Assembly (NCBI RefSeq): GCF_963506605.1
Contig: NC_083288.1
Location: 28,024,001-28,088,000, forward strand
Reading direction: 5' to 3'
DNA: 64,000 nucleotides
Source of the DNA: Zootoca vivipara
Lineage: Eukaryota
Under the pieces are notes generated by a model. The model saw nothing but the letters and a program-made list of their open reading frames with translations, had not been told where the DNA came from and did not search any database. This document shows, piece by piece, positions 24,159 through 37,937 of the stretch (positions are counted from its first letter, which is position 1; each line of letters begins with the position of its first letter). The position numbers were made by a program, and so were the translations under genes.

Positions 24159-26711
24159 GTCTTGAACACTGTCAGATAAAGCTGTCAGGGTCTTCCTTCT
24201 TCTATAAGCAATTTTCTAAAGAGATGGTGGTGTCTCTCTACCACTCTTCAACCATTGAACTTGTTCCTTTCTGTTAGTAGATGATATAGAAAGCAATAAA
24301 GGATGGACAGGTCAAATATGGGCAGTTTAAGGCAAGATAAGGGGAAATGTATTGTCATCAGTCTTTAAAGGTTGACTTACTCTGTCTAATTGTCCATAAC
24401 TTTGTTAATCAGTGTTTTTTTCTTTAATGTGCTAATTTTGTTCTCAATGCTTTTCTCCCTCTCCAACACCCTGCATCACACAACAATTTCTTGTAGCAAC
24501 TTCACATAAAATAAAATACTATAGTGTGCGTAGGAGAGTTGTTCACTCTCTCATTGACAAACTGTTAGATGGAATATGTTACATGTTTAACTGTGGCTGG
24601 GAAAAATCAATTTGAAACATATCATATAGGATGATATGCTATTTATCTGGGGTGCTGAAAGTGCAAAAGTGCTGCACTGGAGAGGAGCTGGAGGTGGACT
24701 AAAATTATGGAGGTTTACTCTGAAATTATGTGAATTCTCCATTCATCATGTAGAATGATGAATGCAGGCTAATGCAAGTGGACAGAATACATTATGAAAT
24801 GGAAAGGAAGCTTTGCGAATTCTAAAGTAAGTATTATACCATATAAAGTTTAGAATCACAGTATGTCCACAGTCAAAATGGGATGCTAGACTAGATTGGC
24901 TTGATCCAGCAAGCTTCTTCTTTTGTTCTTATTCCTAAATTGGAATAGGTGATTTAAAAAAACAACACCCCAGACATGTATGTGAATACACTAAAGTTGA
25001 ACTAATAAATGTCCTGTTGATTAAAGCAGCTACATGACAAAGGTTTGCTAAGTAAAAATGAATAAATTATTTACCTACCTGCAGGATCTTAGGAGCTTTG
25101 GAGCCACCCAGATTATGAAAGATTTGTGCTTTGGTGACCAAGTTTTATTATATTAATTTCCTTGTGTGACACCTGGGATTAGATTGTCCCCTCTTCATTC
25201 TCCCTAGAGTAGTTAATGCTAATTAATATCTGATTAAACCAATTTTTACTTTTCAGAAAACACAGATACAATTATGTTAACAGGGATGTTTTCCCTACTG
25301 ACATTTTGTGGGTGGAATAGAACATGTTTAAAGTAATATGCTGTTTCCCCTATCTACAATAGTAGATTAACAGTGTAGATAAATTTTAATTCTGATATAC
25401 GTTTCTGTCTTCATCAGCTGTGCATTTTGTCATCAGTACTAGAGGGCTGTATTCCCACCACCTCAATAGTATCCAAGATACAGGCTCAGACCACAATGTG
25501 GAAGCAACGTGAGACCCTGCAATCCAGGTAGTTGGCCTAGATGACCCTTGGGGTCCCTTCCAACTCCACAACTCTATGATTTTATGTTCTTAGCATGGCA
25601 CTAGCTGGCCTGGCCACACATTGCTGTGGCTCATCCCTGTGATTGGCCCCATCCTGTCCCGACCCATGACCTCTCCTCCCCCTCCTTCCCCATCCCCCAC
25701 CCAGGAGAGCTCCCACCTCTACTCAGTCTAGTCTGCAAAGCCAAGCCGAGATGTTGTGGAGAGGGAAGCTTCCCTACTTGCAGTACCAGTGTACCCACCG
25801 CTAGAGGCCGCTGTTGTGCAACCTCTCCTGTGCTCCCAGCATCTCCGGCTGTCTGAGTTTTGTGTTCGGAAACAGTGGGTTTTACCTGCTTTACCTGCCA
25901 TAGGTGTGACATCTGTCTACGCAAATTGTATGCAAACCCTCGGATATTCATATGTGACGATGTGTCCAAATTTCAACGCAATCAGTCAAGCGGTTGTGGA
26001 GAAAGGTCATAAAACACAAACATGGACCTTTTACATTTTTTTATATATATAGATAGTGTGCTGTATAAATTATCAGTTTTATAGGAAACTATCACTTCAT
26101 TGTGATAGCAACCCATAATGGGTTGTATTGAAAGGCTGCTTTTCTCCAACAGAAGGGGCTTCTTCCAAGGAAGATCATTCCACTGGAAGAAGTGTGTTTC
26201 ATAAGAGGACAAGAATCTTTGGATCCAACACCTTGAGACAATCTAAAGAACTTAAGCACTGAAGTTCATATATAGGAAATACATAAACCAACCAACCTAA
26301 CACATACATGTTCTTATATGCAGTGCTGACAAACACTGGCACAAAATATTTTAAACAACAACCACAAAGTCCATTCATTTTTCACATCATCGAGAACCAT
26401 AACAATAAACTAAACTAAATATCATCCCCAATTCCTTCCCTGTGCATCCTGCTCCCTCCTTCCCTATTGGCAGCCCTCCAATGAGTGGAGAGCTGCATTC
26501 ACAATAGCTGTACACTTATGCAGGGCTTGTCTCCAGATGTTGAACTGCAGCTGTCATCCTCCATGTCCTTTGGCCATGTTGGCTGGGGCTGATGAGAACT
26601 GGAACTAAACAATGTCAGCAGGGCATTGGCTATGCCTGACTTTATGGCAGGCTAAGGAATTTAGTGGATCCAGCCCTAACATTTATCTGTTTCTATAAAT
26701 ACAGTACTTTC

Positions 26712-27003
26712 TGTTAGGATTCATTCCCCGTCTGCAGTCATAGGGTTATTGTGTATCATATGCCTGTATGTGTTTTCATTCCCACAGAGTGGAAGGGACG
26801 TAGACAGGATGTTTATCTTGGAACTGTTGTTCCATTGTTCTTTCTCTTTACTGGCTGTGATGCCAGAGAGAGGGAGCCATGATGTAGAGCTCCCAGTTTG
26901 TATATATGTAAATAAAGCAGTTTAGCCTTATTTACTGACTTGTGTGTTGTTCATCACGTTTGTGAGAGCAATCACATTGTTGGCCTGTGGGACCAGTCTA
27001 ACA
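26712..27003 (+). mobile_element. Possible solo LTR
   Basis: Ends TGTTAG...CTAACA with internal TATA-like sequence and AATAAA; TSD not evident. Confidence 0.4.
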
Positions 27004-27478
27004 GCTGGCCCCCAGGACAGCCGAATTATTGGCACTTTCTGTCAAGATTCTCAATCACAGAACAGCAGAAGGGGTCACTTACAACTTTATATCTCATTCT
27101 CAAAATATATTTTCAAAACAGGGAGATAAGTTAAAATGCAACAACAAGAAATGATTGAAGGAATAATTCAGTCTGTTACCTTTGTAGGGTACGTGCAGGT
27201 GAGTGAGGAATATAGGAAGTTGCCATATGCAGTCAAACCATTAGTTCATCTAGTTCAATATTGTCTACATTGTCTATGTTTAGGGAGGCTTTTAATGTTT
27301 AAGAAATTAGTGTATTTTAATGTGTCTGTTGGAAGCCGCCCAGAGTGGCTGGGGAATTAGTGGATATTAGTGGATCTCCAAGATTTCAGACACTGAGTTT
27401 CTGTTATCCCCTTTTGTCATTGTTGGAGTCTCAACCTGTGCCCTTCTGCATGCAAAACAGATGCACTACTACTGAACT

Positions 27479-27970
27479 TCACCCCTGGAACCCTTCCAGT
27501 CTTTCATGCTGCAATTGCAGTGTTTTTTTACTCAAAAGTCTCTTCATGGCTTCTTTCACGTCCTTGTTTCTCAAACTGTAGATTATGGGATTCAGCATGG
27601 GAGTGACAACGGTGTACGATAAGGACAACAACTTCTCGGTGTTTGGAGAATATCTGGATTTGGGTGGGAAATAAGTTAACCCAGCTGTGCCGTAGAACAA
27701 AGTCACCACAACAAGATGTGAAGAGCAAGTGGAAAAGGCTATGTGTCTGTCTTGCCTTCGGCTGATGGCATTCGTAAGATTGTAGTGATGATATGAACAT
27801 AGGAGCCAAGATGAGGATAAATGGGCATAGTACAGTTAAAATAATCCCTGTGACAGCATACAGCTCAAACAGATAAGTGTCTGCACAGACTAGTTTTAAC
27901 ACTGGTGGACCGTCACAAAAAAAAGTGATTGACCTTATTGGGACCACAGAATGGAAAACTAAATAGCCAT
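27479..27970 (-). pseudogene. OR10A-like pseudogene, 3' half only, frameshifted
   Basis: WLFSFPFCGPNKVNHFF / CDGPPVLKLVCADTYLFE / VTLFYGTA...[13 protein letters not shown] in different frames; 5' half missing beyond ~27970. Confidence 0.88.
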
Positions 27971-28049
27971 GTTAAGGAAAGGGGGTGGTTATTTTTTCCC
28001 CCTGTTATGTTGTTCCTGTAATGCTAACCAGTCTCAAAGGAATTGTGAT

Positions 28050-28360
28050 AGGAACAATATACCATTCAGCCTGGACACGGAGGTCCACTTCCGAGGGCCT
28101 TCTGGTGGTTCCCTCACTGCGAGAAGTGAAGTTACAGGGATCCAGGCAGAGGGCCTTCTCGGCAGTGGTGCTCTCCCTATGGAACACCCTCCCGTCAGAT
28201 GTCAAGCAGATAAAGAAAAACACAACTTTTAGAAGACATCTGAAGGCAGCCCTGTATCAGGAAGTTGTTGATGCTTTTATGTTCATTATGCTTTTATCTA
28301 TGTTGGAAGTCACCTAGAGCGGCTGGGGAAACCCAGCCAGTTGTGCGGTGTATAAATAAT
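28050..28360 (+). mobile_element. L2-type LINE 3' end
   Basis: RAFSAVVLSLWNTLP ... FRRHLKAAL motif; tail ggctggggaaacccagcca...tataaataat. Confidence 0.75.
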
Positions 28361-28522
28361 TAAAAAAATATGATTGAAATTATTACAATAGAATTATTAA
28401 TCAAACAGCATTTCATAAATGTTTTGCACGTTGACAAAAATTCCCATTGTACTGTATAAGAATTCAGATATTATTAAAGGAACAATCCTAGATGGAAAAA
28501 GCTGGTGTAAAGCATTCTGGTG

Positions 28523-29072
28523 CATAGAATCATAGAGTTGGAAGAGACTACAAGGGCCATCCAGTCCAACCCCCTGCCAAGCAGGAAACACCATCAAAGC
28601 ATTCCTGACATATGGCTGAAAAGCCTTCGCTTAAAGACCTCCAAAGAAGGAGACTCCACCACACTCCTTGGCAGCAAATTCCACTGCCGAACAGCTCTTA
28701 CTGTCAGGAAGTTGTCAGGAAGTTCTTCCTAATGTTTAGGTGGAATCTTCTTTCTTGTAGCTTGAATCCATTGCTCCGTGTCTGTTTCTCTGGAGCAGCA
28801 GAAAACAATCTTTCTCCCTCCTCTATATGACATCCTTTTATATATTTGAACATGGCTATCATATCACCCCTTAACCTTCTCTTCTCCAGGCTAAACATAC
28901 CCCGCTCCCTAAGCCGTTCCTCATAAGGCATTGTTTCCAAGCCTTTGACCATTTTGGTTGCCCTCCTCTGAACATGTTCCAGCTTGTCAGTCTCCTTCTT
29001 GAACTGTGGTGCCCAGAACTGGACACAGTACTCCAGGTGAGGTCTGACTACAGCAGAATACAGTGGTACCAC
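28523..29072 (-). mobile_element. CR1 LINE 3' end
   Basis: [37 protein letters not shown]; attctatg tail; near-identical to 40500-41035. Confidence 0.93.
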
Positions 29073-29584
29073 TGCAGGTTGAGGCGACATAAAATTGGAC
29101 TAGTTCCAAGCCTCTTCCAGCTGCTGCTACTGCTGCTGCTCTACCCAGAAACATAGCATTGGGGGGGGGGTGGTGCAGGTGAGCCACGCCCCTGGACACA
29201 GATTTTTGAGGGGACATAGAGCCCTGGCAGCTAAGGCGCAGTGCCAAGTTGGTCTAGTGGGCAGGTGGATGGAGGCAGCAGGCAAGGCGGATCAGGATTA
29301 CTCAACCCCTAGCTTGGGGAGGAGGCATTCATCAATAGTTTCAATAGCAAATCATTCATTTTTCGTTAACCGTTTTGAGGTTTGTTTTCTACAATTATGC
29401 AGTATATAAATGAAATAAATAAATAAAATAATTGTTCTGGCTCTGCTAAACCTCCCCCTTCCCAGTCCCCTCAAATGTACAAAAGTGTGCATAGGTTTTT
29501 GTCACATAATTTCATTTTAAAAATCAGGGTAGTATGAAAATCACGATAGTATGAAAATCTACATCTGTCAAGTCTTGGCCAAGG

Positions 29585-30502
29585 TCACTTTCTTAGGAGC
29601 TTATTTAAAGCTATCTTCACTTCTTTGTTTTTTAGGCTGTATATGATAGGGTTGAACATGGGGGTGAGGATGCTGTACTGAATGGACACCAGTTTGTCTA
29701 ATGTCTCTGAATACCCAGATGCAGGTCTCATGTACCTAATGATTGCTGTCCCACAAAACAGGAGGACCACAGTGAGATGGGAAGCGCAAGTAGAAAATGC
29801 CTTCTGCCTTCCTTCCGCCGAACGTATCTTGAGGATGGTGTTAATAATGCGCATATAGGAAGCTACAATTAGAAGGAGGGAGGCAAACCCTAGTGTCATG
29901 CTGAAGGTCAGAATCACCATTTCATTGGCAAAGGTACTACTGCAAGACAGCTGCAGCAGCAAAGGCAACTCACAGCTGAAATGGTTAATATTTCTGGGAC
30001 CGCAGAAGTGCAAGCCAGTTAAAAAGAGGGTATTAACAAGGGAATCCAAGAAGCCTGATATCCATGCAGCTACCACCATTTGGACGCATACACGGTGGCT
30101 GATAAGGGTGCTGTACCTCAGTGGGTTGCATATGGCAGCAAAGCGGTCATATGCCATTGCTGAGAGTAAGAAGATCTCCGTTCCAAACATGAAAATGAAG
30201 CAAAAGATCTGAGTGATGCAGCCATTGAGAGAAATTGTCTTCTTACTAGCTAGGAGGCTTTCAAGCATCTTGGGAACTGTTACTGAGGAATAGCAGATGT
30301 CAAGGAAGGATAAGTTAGTAAGAAAGAAATACATCGGGGTATGTAACTGAGGGTCCGCCCTTATCACCAGCATGATAAGCATGTTTCCTACAAGGGTTAT
30401 TAGGTAGATGGACAAGAAAACCGGAAACAGGAAAACTTGGAGTGTTGCATCATCAGAAAGCCCCAAAAGAATAAACTCATCCACAATGGTCTGGTTTTCC
30501 AT
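29585..30502 (-). CDS. Olfactory receptor, OR8S1/family 5-8-like, intact (305 aa from MENQT)
   Basis: [47 protein letters not shown]; the ORF track's extension to 30712 is not OR-like. Confidence 0.9.
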   Translation of the reverse strand: MENQTIVDEFILLGLSDDATLQVFLFPVFLSIYLITLVGNMLIMLVIRADPQLHTPMYFFLTNLSFLDICYSSVTVPKMLESLLASKKTISLNGCITQIFCFIFMFGTEIFLLSAMAYDRFAAICNPLRYSTLISHRVCVQMVVAAWISGFLDSLVNTLFLTGLHFCGPRNINHFSCELPLLLQLSCSSTFANEMVILTFSMTLGFASLLLIVASYMRIINTILKIRSAEGRQKAFSTCASHLTVVLLFCGTAIIRYMRPASGYSETLDKLVSIQYSILTPMFNPIIYSLKNKEVKIALNKLLRK

Positions 30503-31119
30503 TGCACTTTTCACAACAGGGCTATGATCTAGAAAGAAATGTAGAGGGTGGGGGAGAGGAAGAAGATGAATTAATACATTCAAGAGGAATTGTGCAAAGC
30601 AGGTAAACAACAAAATGGGTTCATTAGGCTCATATATGTTGAAGAGAGTACAACAACGTTCAACCTCCTTCTGGCTCTTTGCTCTGAAGAACAATCTGTT
30701 GCTGAGTTTCACACATTATTCATACCACTTTGTGTCCAATTGGGCTAAACTGCATAGGAAGAAATATAGTTTGTTGACTGCAATAAAGGCCACCACAAAA
30801 TCCACATTTACTATTGCTTCTGGTTTTAGCTCTTTTCTGTATATACCATTGCATTGTCACAAATGGTTTCTTCTCATTTTTGCCACAACAAATCTTAGTT
30901 TTACCATCTGAATGTGCCATCTACATTCCCATCAAAATTTTCTTTAGGCAAAATTCGAATTACATCTCTAATATTGATGCCCAGAATGTTGAGGTGACTT
31001 GATGGGAAATGTTCATTAGTCTCATAAATCCACTTCAGTTCTTCTGTATATGAATATATTGTAAGTATTCCATCTTGAGCAAGTCAGCTGAAACTACAGC
31101 TTGAAAGCCCACCCCCATA

Positions 31120-31225
31120 TACCGTGTTTCCCTTATTTTAAGAAATAGCCATAATATAAGCCATAGCAGGATTTCTAAGCAATTGCGTGATATAAGCCAT
31201 ACCCCCAAAAATAAGACATAGTGAA
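31120..31225. mobile_element. Terminal part of a Tc2-like MITE related to 12222-12461
   Basis: taccgtgtttcccttattttaaga ... ataagccatagcaggattt. Confidence 0.55.
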
Positions 31226-31562
31226 AGACCCTTCAACCATTAGCAATAACCCCCTCCTGCCAGCCAAGTCCCCCCCTTAAAACCCTCTCCCCATTTTGCT
31301 GTCGCTCCACAGACGCGTATTTCTTTTAAAAGCTTGTAAAAATGCACCGAAGAGCCATAGCTGCTGGCTGCTGTTTCTGAGAGCTTTTTTTTTTTTAATA
31401 AAAGGATCCAAAAATATTTTTTTAGCCAAGCTGTGTGAGCTCTACTTGGTGAAGAGGACAAAAATGGCATTTGCGGTGGGGAGGAGATGGAGGCCGAGGA
31501 ATAAAAGATGGACAATTGAAGGCACTGCCTCGTGAATGCAAAGGCTGTTTTCCCTTTCCGCT

Positions 31563-31709
31563 NNNNNNNNNNNNNNNNNNNNNNNNNNNNNNNNNNNNNN
31601 NNNNNNNNNNNNNNNNNNNNNNNNNNNNNNNNNNNNNNNNNNNNNNNNNNNNNNNNNNNNNNNNNNNNNNNNNNNNNNNNNNNNNNNNNNNNNNNNNNNN
31701 NNNNNNNNN
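31563..31709. other. Assembly gap (N run)
   Basis: 147 N bases. Confidence 1.
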
Positions 31710-34517
31710 CTTCCCCCCACCTTGATGGCTTCTTCTCCCACGTGTCTCCTTGCTTTTACCGAAGGCATAAAGCAGCCTTTTTTTTTCTTTCTCTGCCGCT
31801 TGCTTGTCTGTGGAGCTGTCCCTTTATGGATTTTGTACCTGGATCGCTGCTGATGGTGCAGTCCTTGCCTTAGAGATTAAGGACTTTTCCATTCTCGCTG
31901 TTTATGGGCTGCTAAACGCTGCCCTTCTCCCTGCACAAAACTTTAAATTTTGTGGGTAAAGGAAGCATGGGCAGTTTATCTCACCCTGCTTTCCTGCTGG
32001 CTCAATTGCTCTTTAATTGCTACAATTGTTCCTTAATTGCTACATTGTCTGTTCTCAGCCGGTAGCCTCTTTGCTATCAGTGAATGCAAAGGCTGTTTTC
32101 CCTTTTGCCTGCTGATTTCCTCTTGACGGCAGCGAGGCAGGCAAACTGAAATTAAAACTGCAGCAAGGAAAGTGCAGAGCTCTCGCAGACACGTGGGCGG
32201 TTTTTAAAAACTGACATTCCCTCCCGTCTTGTCTTGCCAAGAGACCCAGACCACTTACATTCCTAGGCTTCAAATGTTATGCATATGAAAGAGGAGATTA
32301 AGGAGATAGAGAAAGACAACTTCCTATTATCACCTTGCCTTTGTTCTGAAAGATAGAAACCTTACGGTAGCCATGAGTATATTTGTTAGGACCATCAACA
32401 AGGAACCCACAAAGGCTGTGCCTTCAGATTGAGCCAGGTGGAGGAGGGAACAAGAGTTAAGTAACCTCTGGATGGGGAACCATTTCCCTGAAGATTAATC
32501 AAACATTTGGGATTTCAGTTATTAGCATTTTTAATGCTTTTGAGATTGCTTCCTAGACATATCTCTTTTTTTTTAATGTTTACCCCATTTATCTCCACAT
32601 CTGGGACTCACAGCAGCTTACAAAAATTAATGCGGACAATGTACAAAATATAAGACATATATTAAAACATCTAAGTATAAAACATTATAAAAGTGTTTAT
32701 GGTGCAAAGGCCTTCTGATAGACTGAGAGGAGCATCAGCTATTGAAGGAAAAATAGAAATAGTGTATAATATTAGTAGTAGTTAGGAACTGTAAAAATTA
32801 AGGCTGGATTTGGTCAAGGCCCTAGCCAAATTGGGCATAATCAGAAGGCCTCTCCCCTCTGATGAGCTGGGTACCAATACACATGGATTTCTACAGGTAC
32901 AGTTGGATTGGCTCAGAACAACCCATGCCTGTCAGGAAGTGATGTAACAGATAGGGAAGCAGGGTGTCCCTAAGGCAAGGCTGGGTGGCGCAAGGTGCCA
33001 GGGGGGCGCCGCGCTGCTCTGCCAACGTGGCAGCCGCGCTTGGAAGCGGGAGGGAGGGCGCCGGAGGGACAGTTCGCATCACGGCACCAGGGCGCCAGCT
33101 ATGCTCTTCCCTGTAGGGAAGAGAGGTGGCCAGGACACAAAAACATGTGAAAAAAGGCAAAGACCTACCCAGGAAAAAGTAGGTTCAGTGCCTCCACTCA
33201 CTGCCTCCACTCAACATCCTCAGGAGGTGGGTGCCTGCTTAACAAATTCTGCACAGTACTGGCTGCTGTTCCTTTGCGAGCAGCTTGCTTGCACAACGAA
33301 AGCTGCTCACAACAGCCAGCTTGCGGAGAAAGACACCATGCAGCATCAGATCCTGGGTGGCATGCACCACCCCTGACTTTTTCTACAGATTGAAAAACTC
33401 TTTGAAATACCTTAGCCCTACCCACCCCAAATTGCATTGGGGTGGATCTATGGTGGTGTGCAGGGCCCCCAGATAGGCTCAGGGCAAATCACCCTGATAT
33501 TGGAGCTAATATCAGGGCTACAGTGTGAATGGGGAGGGGGCTGTTCCTGCAAAGCCCTAGTATAAATGTGTATATTAGGCAAAATTAAATGCAGAAATAT
33601 GGATTGTATATTGGGGAAAATGTACATCAAAATGGTGGTGAAGTTTTGCGAATACTTTAAAAGCTTGGGAAAACAAGAACATACCCCTCAACAGATGTAT
33701 TTTGAACAGGATAGCCCAGAACAACAGAAGCCATCCCAGCTTCTGATCAGATCCTAGAAAATCCCACTTTTTCGTCCAGTGCTCTGATATGAGTCAGCAG
33801 GCTTGCTCCAGAGTGCTGGACCAAAAAATGTTTTTCTTCTTCTTCTTTTGTCTTGCGCTCTTGCACAAATCAGCTGGCTTCCATGGGAGTTGGGACCCAA
33901 AAAGTGTCCCAATTTTGATCAGTATGGAACAAGAGAAACCTAAATTAACAAATTTGTACACCCCCTACTATGGGTTCTATTATATTTGTATACTAACTGT
34001 GCAATCCTAGACATATCTGCACAGAAGTAAGTTAATCCCGTGAAAGTATTACTACAGTTTAGGTATGATTTTCTTTTTCCTCCTTATTTTATAACTGCAA
34101 TTCACTAGGCTTAAGTATGCTGAAGAATTTCAGATTATGATGAATACCCTGGAGAGTATTAATAGGTTTATTAAAACATTCCATCAGTGCACTTTTTTTT
34201 GGCATCAAGGGGGCATGCAGGCACTGATAATAATTGATTTGCTTGGTAGACTTTCTCTCCAGCAGACCAGTACAGAATGTGAACCATAAATGTCTGATTC
34301 TTTGAGGTGGTATATCTTGGCAGAAGTTGATGTACCTGATTAGAATGAGCATCAGTCCTCCAAAAATAGGGGGGGGAGAGAAAGATTGTTCACTGACACT
34401 GCTCTAATAAAAGTTGCTCATTGTTTATTTAAGAGTCTTAAGGCTTTAGAATATGCTGGAAGAGGGAAAAAAACTCATTTCAGTATTTGTTCAGAGAAAG
34501 CACTCTAGCTTTTAAAC

Positions 34518-34653
34518 CAGACATCCCCAAACTTCGGCCCTCCAGATGTTTTGAACTACAATCCCCATCATCCCTGACTACTGGTCCTGTTAGCTAGGGA
34601 TCATGGGAGTTGTAGGCTAAAACATCTGGAGGGCCGCAGTTTGGGGATGCCTG
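34518..34653. mobile_element. Palindromic hAT (Charlie-like) MITE, 136 bp
   Basis: Long inverted arms cagacatccccaaact..ccctccagatgtttt / aaaacatctggagggcc..agtttggggatgcctg; perfect 8-bp TSD ttttaaac. Confidence 0.88.
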
Positions 34654-35788
34654 TTTTAAACTCACCATAGAAACACATCTAAATGCAAAATTGTAACTCC
34701 CTGTTTATAAGTTACAAACTCCCCATTTGTAACTTCTGTCATCATCTTTGCAACATGAACAGAGTACGCCTTAGGTTAGTCTTCATTTGCAATTAAGGGA
34801 AGTATGGGCTGCCTCTCAATATTGCATCAGAAATTAATGGGGGAATATGTCTCATGTGGTCACTGAACATATACATGTGCTTGTGTGAGATACTGGGGGA
34901 CATGTTCGATGCCTTCAGCTATTTACCGTCCAAAATGCAACTGAGTTAGCTGTTTGAAGTGCCCAACTTTTCCTTTAATATATCAATGAATGGTACTGGT
35001 AAGTACAAAACAACACTGTCATTTTCTTGGAAATGTATCTAACAACTGTGGAACTCAGTGTGCCTGCTTATACCACTAGTTGCAGCTTTGCTGACTTCTA
35101 ATGACTGCCGTTTTTATTTCAAATATGCATTTGTATTGCGAGATCCACCAGAAGGGAATCTGATCCAGGATTTTGCAGTGTGCTTGCTCCTTGACATTTG
35201 ATGTTACCTCTAATCAACTGAATTGTGACAGCTGTGTGTTTTAATAAAATGTGATCCTAGGTATGTTCTTAGTATCTGAAGGGCAAATGAATGATGTTTT
35301 ATGGTTTATATGTTTCATTGTTTGTTTTCTTTCCTTTTGTTATATTTGCTTATATTTTTTTGAATTGTTAACACAAAAGTGCAATTTTATTAAGAAGTTC
35401 AGTTTTAAAACTGTAACTTAAAATCAAGAAGGGGACTTAGGGTTTCTATTCCAATATACAGGGTAAAAGGTATATGGGTATGTTTGTATTAGGAGAAATT
35501 CATTTCATTTCATTTATTACATTTCTATGCCACTGTTCACTCACATGAGTCACCAAGCGGCTTACATACAATAAATAACACAGTAGGACATCACAATTGC
35601 AGCATAAATTATATAAAATAATTCACATGTACATGCAGATGAATTTTCATAAGGATTTTAAAGAATTAAAATATAACTGTGTGGAAACGCAGAGAACTGA
35701 ACTGAATGTAGGAAAACTGAAAAAACTGACAGAAATGAAAATTGCCAGATTTACCCATTTCTACCTCCTGTACCTGTAATACAATATA

Positions 35789-36248
35789 CCATCCTTTTCT
35801 CTGTATAAGATGCCCCCATGTATAAGATTTTTGGGGGACTCCAATTTAAGACAATGGGGGGGGAGATGGCACAGAGTTGTTGAGCTTTCTTTTTTTGCGG
35901 AGAATTGCCCAGTGTTGTTGAATTTTTTGAGGGGGGAATTAACCAGGGTTGTTGAGCTTTTTTAGGGGGCATTGCCAAAAATCGATCACCCACACGTGTC
36001 CAAAAATCCACCTCACATCTGTCCCCTCACTGGTAGAAGCTGCCAATCGCCTGCCGAATTGCTGCAGCATCAGCCAATCAACACCAGCCATTGACACAGC
36101 AACCAATTACATCCCCAATAGCCACTGAGAGCCACAGCAACAACAAATCAAATGTCCACCCTATCAACTATACATGTATAAGATGATCCCCACTTTTTAA
36201 TCATAATTTTTAAAGAAAAAAACCTAGTCTTATACATGGAAAGTATGG
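35789..36248. mobile_element. Tc1/mariner (Tc2-like) non-autonomous element
   Basis: TA-flanked imperfect TIRs ccatccttttctctgtataaga / tcttatacatggaaagtatgg. Confidence 0.6.
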
Positions 36249-36797
36249 TATATAGCTGCATACTACATATTAAGCTAACATTTAGTTTGACCCTGAGGAT
36301 GAACATCTTCTAGACATTGCATTAAATAATTCTATTTTACTTTCCATCCTGTTGCTTAGGCCCTATGTTGGGTGCCACTCAGATCCCAGATTTTATTTAA
36401 CACATACACAGGTTAGGGTTTTTAATATAGTAGCACTTATAGTTTGACTATGATTCCACTGGAAATGCGAATGGTACTAATAATCTCTTCTTTTTAATGC
36501 ATATCATTAAGTCTGTTTATTCTAAAAGGCTTTTCTAGGTCAGCATTCCTAGGTATTTTTCATGCTGTCTTTATGGATGGAACTAGTGCATTTTTATAAG
36601 TATAATATTCTGTTTTTTCCTCGTTTTTTGCACACTGCCACAATATTTTTAAATGATGTACTGTTTCTTAAAAGGAAAGAAAAAAGTTTTGTGCATTTGC
36701 AGAATTTCTGATCAGTCTCTGTGCTTGGCTTCTTCTTATGGTGGCAGGACACTTATCAGTTTTTTTTTCTTATTCCCAAACAGAGAACACTAAAACA

Positions 36798-37730
36798 ATG
36801 ATCAATGAAACAGCACTGACCGAATTTCTCATCTTGGGCTTCTCTGGTCTTCAGGAGCTGCAGCTGTTGCTCTTCTCATTCTTTCTTATCACATACATCT
36901 GCACTCTGGTGGGGAACATCTCCATCATTACCATTGCCTGCCTGGACCCTCAGCTTCACACACCCATGTACTTCTTCCTAGGGAACCTCTCTTTTCTGGA
37001 TATCTGTTATACCAGCACCAATGTCCCTCAGATGCTGGTCCACCTTCTCTCAGAGAAAAAAAGCATCCCATATGCCAGTTGTGTAACTCAGCTTTATTTC
37101 TTTGTCTCATTTGTGGGTACCGAGTGCATCCTGCTGGCTGCCATGGCCTATGACCGCTTTGTAGCTATATGCCACCCTTTGCACTATACAACCACCATGA
37201 AGAAAGGGTTTTGTCTCCAGTTGTCCGGTGCCTGTTGGGCAAGTGGTTTTCTCAACTCAGCTGTGCACACCTACTTTACCTTCCAACTACCATTCTGTGG
37301 GGTGAATCAGCTCAATTATTTCTTTTGTGATATCCCTCCTCTTCTGAAGATTTCTTGTGGAGACACTTCCCTCAATGAGATCATTCTTCTTGTCATTGGG
37401 GTCTTCATAGGATGGACCCCATTTGTCTGCATTGTTCTCTCTTATGTCTACATCATCTCCACTATCTTGAAGATACGCTCCACTGAAGGAAGGCTCAAAG
37501 CCTTCTCTACCTGTGCCTCACACCTGACCATTGTCCTCTTGTATTATGGGAGTGCCATCTTCACCTACGTCCGTCCAATTTCTACCTACTCTTTAGACAA
37601 AGATAGAATAATTTCTGTCATTTACAGCATTGTCACACCCATGCTGAACCCTTTAATCTATACCTTGAGAAACAAAGTTATTAAGGGTGCAGTGAAAAGT
37701 ATATTTATGGGGAAGCTGTATTTAAAATGA
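36798..37730 (+). CDS. OR5V1: Olfactory receptor, OR5V1-like, intact (310 aa from MINET)
   Basis: [77 protein letters not shown] resemble recalled OR5V1 signatures. Confidence 0.9.
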   Translation: MINETALTEFLILGFSGLQELQLLLFSFFLITYICTLVGNISIITIACLDPQLHTPMYFFLGNLSFLDICYTSTNVPQMLVHLLSEKKSIPYASCVTQLYFFVSFVGTECILLAAMAYDRFVAICHPLHYTTTMKKGFCLQLSGACWASGFLNSAVHTYFTFQLPFCGVNQLNYFFCDIPPLLKISCGDTSLNEIILLVIGVFIGWTPFVCIVLSYVYIISTILKIRSTEGRLKAFSTCASHLTIVLLYYGSAIFTYVRPISTYSLDKDRIISVIYSIVTPMLNPLIYTLRNKVIKGAVKSIFMGKLYLK

Positions 37731-37776
37731 AAGAATAGTTGGATGTTATCTTAGGTGGTGGTGGTGGTGGTGGTGA

Positions 37777-37937
37777 TTAACTTGTTCAGTTGGTTAGGGC
37801 ATGGTGCTGAAAACACCAAGGTTGAAGGTTTCATCCCCATATGGGACAGCTGCATATTCCTGCATTGAACGGGTTGGACTCAATTAACCTACGGCTCCCT
37901 TCCATCTCTACTGTTCCATGATTATTTGATTCTATGA
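37777..37937 (+). mobile_element. Short tRNA-headed SINE with CR1-type tail (Squam2-like), degraded
   Basis: tcagttggttag..catggtgctga..accaaggttg head; cccttcca..ctcta...gattctatga tail. Confidence 0.55.

Noticed and set aside
30503-30712. 70-aa N-terminal extension of the OR in the ORF track
   Set aside because: Starts at a non-ATG codon and is not OR-like; probably intron or UTR, with MENQT as the typical start
31442-31873. ORFs spanning the N run
   Set aside because: Artefacts of the assembly gap
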